Shown here in pieces: positions 12,400 through 23,410 of a stretch of 64,000 bases of DNA; position 1 is the first letter of the stretch, and every line of letters starts with the position of its first letter. The stretch is taken from NCBI GenBank assembly GCA_024679065.1, contig JAGIQG010000003.1, positions 57,970,001 through 58,034,000 on the forward strand, in the 5' to 3' direction. The notes below the pieces were generated by a model. The model was not told the DNA's origin and did no database searches. It worked only from the letters and a program-made list of their open reading frames with translations. This stretch comes from Sphyrna mokarran (Eukaryota). Both the position numbers and the translations under genes were made by a program.

Positions 12400-12637
12400 T
12401 TAAAGCGTTGCCAGGGCGGGGGGCGAGAGAGGGAGGGAAGGAGGATGCTGCCTCTTTAAGGTGGTGGCTGAGTGAGGCAGCGCTGTTTGCTGTCTGATTG
12501 ACAAGAGGAGAGAGACGTTGTTAGTGCTTCCTTCCGCAGCCTCTCGGGTTCCCATCTCTCTCTTTCTCTCCCCCTCTCTCTCTTTCTATTCCTGCTCGGT
12601 AACTTTAAAGGAGGGATGCAGACTCTAGCGGCCTAAA
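12400..12637 (+). promoter_or_regulatory. Probable core promoter and 5' UTR of the EphA gene
   Basis: GC box gggcgggggg at ~12414, GA-rich tract, TTTAAG at ~12455 and CT-rich leader directly upstream of the ATG, within a CpG-retaining zone. Confidence 0.6.
12616..12636 (+). promoter_or_regulatory. 6-codon upstream ORF (MQTLAA*)
   Basis: ATG CAG ACT CTA GCG GCC TAA, followed by one A and then the main ATG at 12638. Confidence 0.6.
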
Positions 12638-12728
12638 ATGGCTCTCTACCGATGGATTTATCCCCTGCTGCACACACTCCACTTCATCCTCAGCAGCGAT
12701 GCGGCCAGGACTTACCCAGCCAACGAGG
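12638..12728 (+). CDS. epha4l: EphA4-like receptor (ek1/epha4l-like) exon 1, signal peptide
   Basis: AAAATGG Kozak; MALYRWIYPLLHTLHFILSSDAARTYPANE+G; donor G|gtaagt; 91 nt, phase 1; YPANEV motif as in EphA4. Confidence 0.92.
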
Positions 12729-13088
12729 GTAAGTTTCACTTTGGACAATCGTTACATTGAGACAGAAGAGCGAGAAAGAGAGAAAAGTTAATGGTGTGGG
12801 ATTTGAAATGTCTTGTAATGAGTTGAGGCACAAAACATTAACCGCTGGAATATTTCCTGCATGTTCATCGTATTGGAAGGAAGGGGCTTTGAAGTAAGAT
12901 GTTATTAGATCCGAATTGCTTTTGGACATCATGAAAGGAGTCCTCTCGATCTCACGGCTGCTTTATTAATATAGACTATTCGGCTCGTTTGTATTGTTAA
13001 TAATTTGCTGATGGAGCAGAAAGTTTACCAGATGTTGGTAAGAAATAGCCTTGAGGACAGGGTGAAGAATCCGCGTTTGGGTCCTTTC

Positions 13089-13475
13089 CCTTGAGTGCAC
13101 CTTTAATCAAATATATTTGCCCACATCTTTCTCTGGAAATGTTCACTATCTAATAGCATCACTTGTTAAAGGCTGGGGTTTGTGCTCGGCGGCGACAGTA
13201 AATTCAGATTTCCATTATGAAATAGATGTAGGTCAGTTATATGATGTCCTTTTTTACATGCATGCAGGGAAGTTGGTAATTATTTATTGATGCGCCCGGC
13301 GAAAGTTGCTTGTTAGGTCCGAAATGTTTTGCAAGACCAGTGCCCTTAATTCATACAATATAGGCTTTGTACCTGGCAGAACACACACATACACATACTT
13401 GATTCAGTGTCCTGATCAATCATCCTGTGTGTGTGTGTTCCCATCTCTCCTGTCCACTATGAAGATTGAATAACT
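13089..13475 (+). repeat. Right arm of 387-bp inverted repeat, in intron 1
   Basis: Reverse complement of 10146-10532. Confidence 0.95.
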
Positions 13476-15269
13476 CACTTGCAAGCACAAGGTGGCAGTC
13501 TTTCTCGCCTCAGGTTCTGCCACTGCTGATTTCAATCAGATTTCCTTCATGCAGGCGACACCATTAGGGAGTTTTAACATGATGGGCTTAGTTTTACTCC
13601 CTCTCTCTCTTTTCAAGTAATAACGTTTTTTAAAAACTGAAAAACATGATATAGAACATTTTTCTTACAGATTTGGAAACGTTTAACTTTTCACCCAGTT
13701 ACAATTTTTTGTAAGCTTTTTTTTTGTGTAACAATGTAGTTTGAACGACTGATTTAGCGACCAGTACACATATTAGGGCACTATCTTCTTAAAGCTTCAG
13801 AAGCCCACAATATTCCAACCCCCCCCCCCCCCCCCCTTTTTGGAGCACTTGTGAGGTTCAAGTTTTTCCCTTACAAAGCTTTTTCTACCCCCAGCTCAGA
13901 TGGAGATTTTTACTGTGTTGTTACTATGCAGAGGCTAGTTCTATGCTGTATTACCCAAGGGTTGTTACTCACATGATGACTTAGTGGGTTAATAGTGGGC
14001 TGGGCGTCACAATAAAGTCCAACATTGAATCTGTCCTTTTTCCACATGTTCCAGCAGGGGTCACTAGACAGCATAGGTGTCTGGACAGCATAAGTGGGAA
14101 ACTGAGCTGATTTCAGTCTTCCTCCTGCTCCTAGTACAATGCCAAGGATATTAAAGCTAATTGTAGTGCCCAAGTTGAGATCAGCTAACATTTCGCATTG
14201 AGCAGATCAGCCATGATGTAATCGAATGGTGAAACAGGCTCGCGGGGCTGAATAGCCTCTTGTTCCTATAAGCAACAAGGGGTCAAGTGCAACTTCTTGT
14301 TAACTGCAGATTCAGATTTAATGTTCATCATTTATACACAAACAGTATTGGCAGATGCTATACCCACAAAAGCTGATGTTAATCTTGAGGTGATGAGTCG
14401 AGCTAAGCAATGAGAAAAAGTAAGCTGCACAGTCCCATTGTTAGCCTTCATCAGGAGTGGTATTCAGGACCCTGCTTATATTTAACTGAGTCAGCCTTTT
14501 CAGTATCTAATGCTGTATTGGAGATGTGTCATTTCACAACAACAATGAACAGTCCAAAGCTTTAGGTATCCAGAGAAAGGAAGGCCAGTGCTTTTGATAG
14601 GTTGAACAATGTACATGCCCTACACTCTGTAAAAGATAAGTGCTTGAGTACTTTCAGCTTACCCTGGCCCATCTTGACATTCAGCAATTCTGTCTAATTT
14701 ACTGCTTAAAATGTTTTATAAAAAAAACGCACCATTTTGAGTCATTACTACAAAGTATAACAATAGGTCGATGGATAATTTTCTAATCATGAAACTAATT
14801 TCCTCATTTCTTTTAGCAAAAGTGGTTAACCCTTCTGTTCTGAAGACACAGACTCATGTAGCTTTGTCTCCAAAGATAGCCAACAATCTTCCTGTGCCCC
14901 TTCCAAGTAGTGAGTCGAGATAGCAAACATCAGCAGGCAAGGAGACTATAGAAGGATTACAATCAAATCCCATCTGCTTTCAGCTGATGTTCATGGTTCA
15001 GCAAGAAAGAGTAGAAAATGTGGCTTTTTTCCCTCCGCATCCCAAAGAGACTGATGCCACTTGTAGCAGTTCAATGCTCTGCTGACTGAGACAAGATAAT
15101 TCAGTACAGATCAGTAATCAAACTTGGCATTGTAATAGCCTGTATCAGTACAAAGGGTGCATTTTCCCAGCTAAGCCACTGAGACATTCAGCTATACCCA
15201 CATGTTAAAATTAGACGAGCACATTTATGGAATGAATGGATCGATCAATCTTATACATTAGCCAGCTAT

Positions 15270-15980
15270 AGAAAGAAAGTCTTACATTTATGTAATGGCT
15301 TTCACAATCTTAGAACATCCAAAAGCACTTTACAATGAAATACTTTTGAAATGTAGCCACTATTGTAATGTAGGAAATATGGCAGCCAGTTTATTGCATA
15401 CAGCAAAGTCCCACAAACAGCAATGCAATACCCATAGAATCCCTGCGGTGCAGAAGAAGGCCTCTCTACACTGACTGTCAGAAAGACCATCTCATCCAGA
15501 CTTACCTGTCTTATTCCCATAACCCTGCACATTTATCATGGCTAATCCACCCAACCTGCACATCTTTGGACATTGAGGGGTAATTTATCACGGCCAATCC
15601 ACCTAACTGCATATCTTTGGACTGTGGGAAGAAACCCAGAGGAAACCCACGTAGATATGAAGAGAACTTGCAAACTCCACACAGTCACCCAAGGCCGGAA
15701 TCAAACCCAGGTCCCGGGTGCTGTGAGGAAGCAGTGTTAACCACTACAACACCATGCTGCCCAGATAGTGACCAGATAATCTGTTTTTTGTGATGCTGGT
15801 GGAGGGATCAGAATTGACCAGGACAGCTGGAGGATAATTCTCCTGCATTTCTTTGAAACAGTGCATGAGATCTTTTCCATCCATTTCAGAGAGCCAATTG
15901 AGCAACAGGTTAATATCTCATTTGAAAGAAGGCACCTCTGATGGTGCAGAACTCCACCAATACCACACTGGAGCAGCATG
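15270..15980 (-). mobile_element. Deu-domain SINE (SacSINE1-like), split by a younger SINE
   Basis: aaagcactttac...cagcaaagtcccacaaacagcaatg resumes after the insert as gaccagataatctg...tctcatttgaaagaaggcacctc. Confidence 0.7.
15433..15762 (-). mobile_element. HE1-like SINE
   Basis: Reverse complement of the SINE family at 3415. Confidence 0.85.
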
Positions 15981-16023
15981 CTCCAGTGGAGCATGTGGAT
16001 AACAGAGAAGATATGTAGATTCA

Positions 16024-16208
16024 CAGATGTGTGGGTTAAGTTGGGTTAGGTTGGTTGGCTGTCCTAAATTACTCCACAGTATCAGGGGGTTTAGCAGGGT
16101 AAATATGTGAGGTTATGGGGATAGGGTCTAGGTGGCATTGTTGTCAGTACAGGCTTAATGGGCCAAATGGCCTTTTTTTCTGAACTATAGGCATTCTATG
16201 ATTCTATG
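16024..16208 (+). mobile_element. HE1-like SINE 3' half
   Basis: agatgtgtgggttaag...attctatgattctatg. Confidence 0.75.
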
Positions 16209-16669
16209 GTTCCTGTTCCTGGAAAATAATTAGTGATGAAATATTGACATGTTGCTGTACATTCAAACTTGTGAAGCTTTACTGATAACAGCATAAGAGC
16301 TGATTGTTAAATCAAAAGTAGATTTTCCGCTATGACAGAGGGTAGGAGCTAATGAACACGAAGAGAAGAGTGAAATGATTGGAAATTGGTGGTTGTCATT
16401 ACTCTTTGCATGAAATATTTGCCCCAGATTCCACAGAAATATCACTTGCTATGTAACGCTATGCTATCGCTTTTCTGTAGATTTCTCTGTGTTAGGAAAG
16501 AACAAATCAATGTGGATGCAAAAGAGAAATGAATGAGTGGAATGAAGAGGAATATTTTTAAAAAATACTTAGTAAGAATTTCAGTTCTGTGTTTCTGTCC
16601 AGTTGACTCACTATTGTAGCTCTTTGTCCTCTATGTTAGAATGATGACTTTTATCTGTCGCCACTCAGA

Positions 16670-17785
16670 GTCACTCAGCTCTTGACCTTATTGCAGCCTT
16701 GATCCAAATACGAACAAAAGAAGTGAACTCAAGAGGTGAGGTGAGAGTGACTCTTCTTAACATCAAGGCAGCATTTGACTGAGTGTGGAATCAGGATCCC
16801 TGGTAAACGTGAAGTCAATGAGAATCATATCTAGCATAAAGGGAGATGGTTGTGGTTGCAGGTTAATCTCCTCAGTCCTGGGCTACAGGATCTCCTCCAG
16901 GTAGTGTCCTAGGCTCAACAATTTTCAACTGTTTTATCAATGACCTTATTTTCATCAGAAGGTTAGATAATAGACATGTGTGCGGATGATTGTACAATGT
17001 TCAGCACCATTCATGGCAGCTTAGATATTGAAGTAGTCCATGTCTACCTGCAGGAAGACCTGGACAATAATCTGGTTAACTGGCAATAACACTTGTGCTA
17101 CACAATGATCAGGCAATGACCATCTCCAACAAGAGAGAATCTAATCATCACCCTTTGTCTTTCATTAGTATTACCATCATTAAATTCCTCACTGTCAACA
17201 TCCTAGGGTTGTCCTTGACCAGAAACTGAACTGGACCAGCCATTTAAGTACTGTGGCCAGAAGAGCAGTTTAGAAGCTGTGAATTCTGCTGAGAATAACT
17301 CACTTCCTGACGCCCCCCCCCTCCCCCCCACCAAACCTGTCCACTATCTACAAGGCACAAGTCAGGATTGTGATGGAATACTCTCTACTTGTTTGGGTCA
17401 GTGCAGTTCCAACAAGACTAAAGAAGCTCAATAACATAAAGGACAAAGCAGTCCTCTTGATTGTCACTCCTTCACCCTCCACCACAGATGAATATTGGCA
17501 ACTGTGTGTGCCATCTGCAAGATGCACTACAGCAATTCTCCTGTGACAGCACTTTCAAATCCACAACCTTTACCATTTAGAAAGACAAGGGCAGCAGATA
17601 CTTGAGAACACCGCCATCTGCAAGTTCCTCTCCAAGCTACTCAGCGTCCTGACTTGGAAATTCAAAATCCTGAAACTCTCTCCCTAACAGCACTGTGGAT
17701 GTTTGTACTCCTCAAGAATTACAGCAGTTCAAGAAGATGGCTCACCACCACCTTCTCAAAGGGCAACATTTCATGAATGAATTAA
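16670..17785 (+). mobile_element. Decayed non-LTR retrotransposon RT and 3' end (CR1/L2 group)
   Basis: RT motifs LNIKAAFD*VW, PGSVLGSTIFNCFINDL and ADDCT with stops and frameshifts; related minus-strand piece at ~23880-24105. Confidence 0.85.
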
Positions 17786-20700
17786 AGGAAAGAATTAAAA
17801 GAACAATGTAAAATATTTACTTGACACAGACTGAGCATACTCCCTCTTACACTTCCCCCCATCATCTTAGAAATCATAACTTTGTTACAAAACACATGGA
17901 TGCTGTTAGACTGTTAACAAGCAGAATAGAATTCAAACCTGTAAAGGCCATTCAAACAGACATAAGCACCATTATATTTTTGAGTATTCAATGATTTACA
18001 ATTGTTCACACGTTTGACTTCTGTTGCAGCCACATTGCATGGAGAGGAAAGGTAGCCATTGTTGGCAGTCAACCTTAATCTAGTTACATATACTGGGGCA
18101 CTACCCAAATGCACTGAAATCTGAGTGAGATCGTGCTGTGACTTTGTAGGCAAGATTCTTTTGACCTGCCCCTTTCATTTTGTGAGCTTCTGCCTATTCC
18201 CTGAAGGTGTTAGTTCTTGTGGGTCTATGAACCATGGCAGCACAAGTGAGGTTATTTTTCACATATTGGTCCCAGTCATGTTAGCATATCGTAAGATTAT
18301 GGAGATGAAATGATTAAAACTGAGTTTGATCTCGATATATGTATATGAACCACAGCAATCACTGCTCTGGAATCTAGACTGTGAACCTTGGCTTTTCTTT
18401 CCCATTTGCTTGCAAATGGACATTGAAAGTCAGTTGTAGAATCCTTACTGCAGAGGTCATCGAAATCAGCATACAGTGGGGAATCAATTTTGGGAACTCT
18501 GGTCTCAATGCTGTAGTACTGAGATAATGTCTTTGCTCATAGTCGTATTTCGAGCTTTCTCTCTCACCTTCATTCGCAAAATGAATAGCTCAGCACAGGA
18601 GGTGACCAGTGAATCCACTGTATCTGCATTTTGCCTGGTATATTGTAGATAATAGTTACATTTTTGATAACTTATATTCATGTAGCAAGGATAAACTAGG
18701 CTGCTTCTTCAAGGAGTGGTGACAAATGAACACCAAGCTAAAAGAGAAGAGGGCAGGGGATCAAAAAGATCAGTCCAAGCAGCAATTTTCAAGGGAGGTT
18801 TTTAAAGGAAGAGAGGGAGACAATCAGGCAGAGGAGTTTAGGGCCTGAACTCCAGACAGGGTAGTTCATATGGCCTAATATAATGCAACTTCCCACTGAA
18901 TCCTCCAGGGCCATTTGCATTTCCAAGACGCAGTGCAGAAATTAAGTTCTGTTAGACACATTGTTCTATAAAACTGATTTTCTTGAATCCAATACCAATT
19001 CTAAAATGAGATTAAACAACTGCTCTGTAAATGAAGCACATCACTTGTTCAGCTAGTGTAATTTCAGCAGTGTCTCACTGACCCTTTGATGTATACTGAA
19101 GTCTAATACATACGCTTCTTTAAAATGGCCCCTTATGAATAGGAGTACTGTATTTAATAAAAGCCCATCCCTAACTGTAATTTGCTCTCTGTACATCTTC
19201 TAAAGACTGCATTATGAAGGGTGTTGAATCTATGTATTAAGAGATAGTGCCAAGCTGCTTGGATCAGTGCCAATTGATGCACTCAGACTTATGCAGGAAC
19301 CATAAGTACTGCTGTTGCGGATAATCTTTAATATCAGTTAAATGCAGATTATCTGTCCCTTTATATCCCTGATCAGCCTGGTTCCCCACATCACTCTCTA
19401 ATATTTTGAATTAACAATGCTACTCATTTCTCAGTTTGGTACACAGTTAAAGACTACTTGACAAAAGCTGAACTGGGTCTATAAAAGAGTATGAAGCAAT
19501 GGAAACATAGATTAATATAGAAGCATTAAAGTCTTGACGTATCTAGTATTAATCCAGTTATGAATGGGTAATGCAGCTGGCTAAAAATGGAGAGAATAAA
19601 TGCCTCTAGGTAATTCAGCAAGTTAACCCAATGATTTAGTTCAGCCACACAAATCAGAAAAACCATGCTTTGATTTCAGCTCTGTGCTGAATTGGTTGAC
19701 TAAAAGAGACAACATGTATCGTCTGTCAGCTGGGTTAGTCAAAGAAGAAGACAATCATATTAGTCAGGGTTCCTGATCTTGATTCTGCTGGAAATTCCTT
19801 TGTTGGTAATGGGCATGCACACATGTATGTCATCTGAATGTAGCATTGAGTTTTGCCTCAAAGCCCCATCATGATGGGTTGTCCTGTGCATATTGATCTC
19901 TAGGTCAAGGGTAACGATGGTTATGAAACAACACCGGATCAAGGAATCAATATCTTCAGAGGTGGGAGAATGTTAACAAAAAACAATGGTCATTTCACAT
20001 AGTATGGGCAGAAATTGTGCCAGTTTTCTCTGTTGTTCTGAGGATGCTGGCTTTCAATGGGGTTCCATCCTACATATAGCAGAACTTCTTCATGTGTGAG
20101 GCTAGACAACAAATGGTTGCTTTTTATTTGCCTCGAAATAAAATGGCTTTGAAACCAATCCTGTTTCTATTAGACATTTTTTTTTGAGCAATCAGGATTC
20201 ACTGGATAGGAATCAGAAATGAAACCCTGGCTCTTTCATTGCCTAATTCAGTGGTGTTGAGGCCATTGTAGCACCACAATTAATTTCTAGATGGGATTAA
20301 CTAACTCAGCATACGTAGGGACTCAAACCGGGACTATTTGATGTGTACATGTAATGCAAAGTGGGTTGGTTAGTTCAGTTGGCTAGACAGCTGATGTATG
20401 GATCAGATTAATGCCCCCAGCATGGGGTTTAATCCCTGCTCCAGGCGAGAAAGACACAGGGTCTGTCTTCTTATCCTACCTTTAGTAAAAAATCATGGCA
20501 ATTTGTTATGCTTTAGTGAATAATCACCAAGGATCTGACTTTGGGGAGAGAACTCAAAATGAAGAAATAATGCTTCAACTAACTTGGACAAAACTGTGGC
20601 TATTTGCTATGTAGTAAATGGACACTAGATTGCTGACTGAGCTACAAATATAAACTCATAATCTGCTCAGCCAGTTTTCTATTCCTTCCAGTACATCATG

Positions 20701-21129
20701 CTTGCTGTCTCATTATATATGGTTTACTGGCATTTTAAAAATCCCCTTAAAATACTAGATGGATGTGTCATTTGAAATCCAACAGATAAAATCTTCAGCT
20801 TGTAAACAAATAAGTGTGAATATTCAGAGCAGATAAAGTAGAGGTAGATGCTGTAGTTTCTGTAATGAAATGGAGTGGGTAACCATTACAGTGCTACCCT
20901 TTTGGAGCAGCTAAATGTAATGACAGCACAGGAGGGAGGAGAAAAAGAAGCAAGGATGTAGGTCAATTACAAACCAGCCATGTGTTACTCTTAAGGAGTG
21001 AGCCTTTAACATGATAATATGTACAACTTAAATAAGTAAGTTGTACTCAGAGAGAGAACTGTTCTCATCTTCAGAATACAAGGCATTACATCTTGTGTGC
21101 TGCAAAACGGTACAAACAACTCCCCAGTT

Positions 21130-21420
21130 ATCCTGTTTTGTTGATGTTGGTTGAGAGATAAATATTGATGAGGACATGAGGAAAACCTACTTGCTTTTCT
21201 TTAAATAGTCCTAACTGATAGGATCTCAGTTTCCTTTTAATGTCATATGATAAACAACAGGGCCTCCATTCAATGTCATATGAAAGATAGCACCTTAAAC
21301 AGTGCAGCTGTCCCTTAATACTTCTCTTAGCCATGGACTAGATTATTTCCTCAAGTCCTGCAATGGACTTAAACCATGACTTGACTTAAGAGTTAAGAAT
21401 TCTGCCATTCAGCCATGTTA
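21130..21420 (-). mobile_element. Deu-domain SINE fragment
   Basis: Similar to 15765-15980. Confidence 0.55.
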
Positions 21421-22504
21421 AATAATCACAGATCCATATAGTAAGTATCTTCATATTCTGCCATTCATGCTGTACAGAAATGTCACGTCTGTGTTGACTT
21501 GATATCTATACATCATGACTACTATTGACTTGATATCGACATTCCTCCAAATGCTAGATTAGGACATTACCCTTTTACTTCTGGGGCTGAGTTTGAATGC
21601 AACCCAAATTGATTGAATTCAGTTCTCAGCCGTCTTGCAACAGTTTTACAGATCCTGAGTGAAGTGAGTTTTGGCAGTTTTAGTTCACTCCCCAGTGAAC
21701 TCATTGTATAAAACCTTAATCCAATACTAATTATCTTTAATTGGATAACTCCATGCCTGTAAAGGGCATCCCTGCTGTAGGGAATTGAAATCATGATGGG
21801 GACTGAATAACAGGTGTAGTTTGTTGAATGAATTCTGCTCCATAGTAACATAGTTTTCAAATGGAGGCTCTAGTCTCTCTCTCTTCCCCCCCCCCCCCCC
21901 CCCCCCCCCCCCCAACCATAAAGAAAAGTGCAACAGGTCTGGGAGACAGATTATTGTGCCATCAGGTTGGTGAATTCATTGTTGTTCTAACTAGTGTATT
22001 ATTTCCTTTGCTAGATATTAATGAGCAAATGTGATCTCTAGTGATGACACTGGTACCTCTTTGGTAATTGGGACTTTTATTTGATTGAAGGCAGGTATGT
22101 CAACATGAGTTTAAAAATTATCTGTGTACCAATATCATTTCTGATAACAGAAACAGTACAACAGGATGCTACAACACTTCAGCAGTGCCTGTGTGAATCT
22201 CACATTCTTTTAGCATATTTAATTAATATTTATGATTTGAAGTAGATGCAAATGAATAGGAACTTGGACTTAAGCTTCTTACTGGTGCTACCACTCCTGA
22301 CCTGCCCTCACGTGGAAATTAGCTCAATGAAATAGAAGAGCAAAATCATCAGGTCAGAAAATGTGAGACATTCAAACAGAATTTGTTGGACAATTTCTAT
22401 GTTCTAATCACAAAGAATGAATGGTACAATGTTGTGGAGGCAGAAGCACACAAACTTTGAAATGGAAAACCTAATGAATTGAAACCTAACTTAATGTAGT
22501 AACA

Positions 22505-23020
22505 TTTTTTCCATTGATACATGGGCATCACTGGCTGGCCATTATTTATTGCCCTTCCCTAGTTGAGAGTCAATCACATTGCTGTGGCTTTGGAGTCACA
22601 TGTAGGCCAGATCAGGTAAGGATAGCAGATTTCCTTCCCTAAAGGGCAGTAATGAACCTGATGGTCAACAATGGTTTCATGATCATCATTAGAGTTTTAA
22701 TTTCAGATTTCTTTTTTATTTCATTGAATTCAGTTTCCATCAACTGCTATGGCAGGATTCAAATCTGGGTTCTCAGAATATTAGCTGAATTTCTTGATTA
22801 ATAATCTAGCAATAATACCAAGGCCACCACATTTCATGTCCAAAGATGTGCAAATTAGGTGGATTGGCTATGTTAAATTGTATCTTAGTGTCCAAAAATA
22901 TGTAGGTTAGGTGGGTTAACCAAGGTAAATGCACCAAGTTACAGGGATGAAGCGCGATTGAATGTTCTTTCAGAGGCCAAATGGCCTTCTCTGCACTGAA
23001 GGGATCCTATGGATTCTATT
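22505..23020. mobile_element. tRNA SINE (-, 22505-22830) adjoining an HE1-like SINE 3' half (+, 22838-23020)
   Basis: Matches the families at 5381 and 3415. Confidence 0.75.
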
Positions 23021-23318
23021 CCTTGGTTGTGAATTGTATGGGTTGAAATAGTGATTGTGAGGAAGATGGGGTCAGTGATAGGGGAAAAGATTTATGACAA
23101 CACATTAGGCATTGAATGACCTTTTAGCCACTCAAATGCTGAGCAGAAATAACTTTTTACAGCACATCCATAGCTAGATGTCGGGTAAGCTATGTCACAG
23201 CATGGAGGTAGAAGTCAATCACGATGGTGAAGAGGTAAAACTGGGTGTTAGCAGTATGCAATGTGGGAGTTGGTTACATTCTGCCACCAGCAGACATGGA
23301 TGATGTAGAACCTTCCAT

Positions 23319-23410
23319 ACACCTGACGAAGGAACACCGTTTCCGAAAGCTTGTGGGACTACTATCAAATAAATTGGTTGGACTTAAACCTGGTGTTGTG
23401 AGCCTTCTTG
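23319..23410 (+). mobile_element. Penelope-like terminal fragment with minimal hammerhead ribozyme-like motif
   Basis: cac-CTGACGA-a-GGAA-caccgt-TTCC-GAAA-gc-tt-gtg, then aataaa...aacctggtgttgtgag; reverse copy near 41965-42072. Confidence 0.6.

Noticed and set aside
10146-13475. DNA transposon with long terminal inverted repeats that captured the exon
   Set aside because: No target-site duplication or transposase, exon 1 is in its native colinear position, and the junctions look templated
21886-21913. Poly-C tract (also ~13819-13835) as a G-quadruplex element
   Set aside because: Simple homopolymers of uncertain sequenced length, with no supporting context
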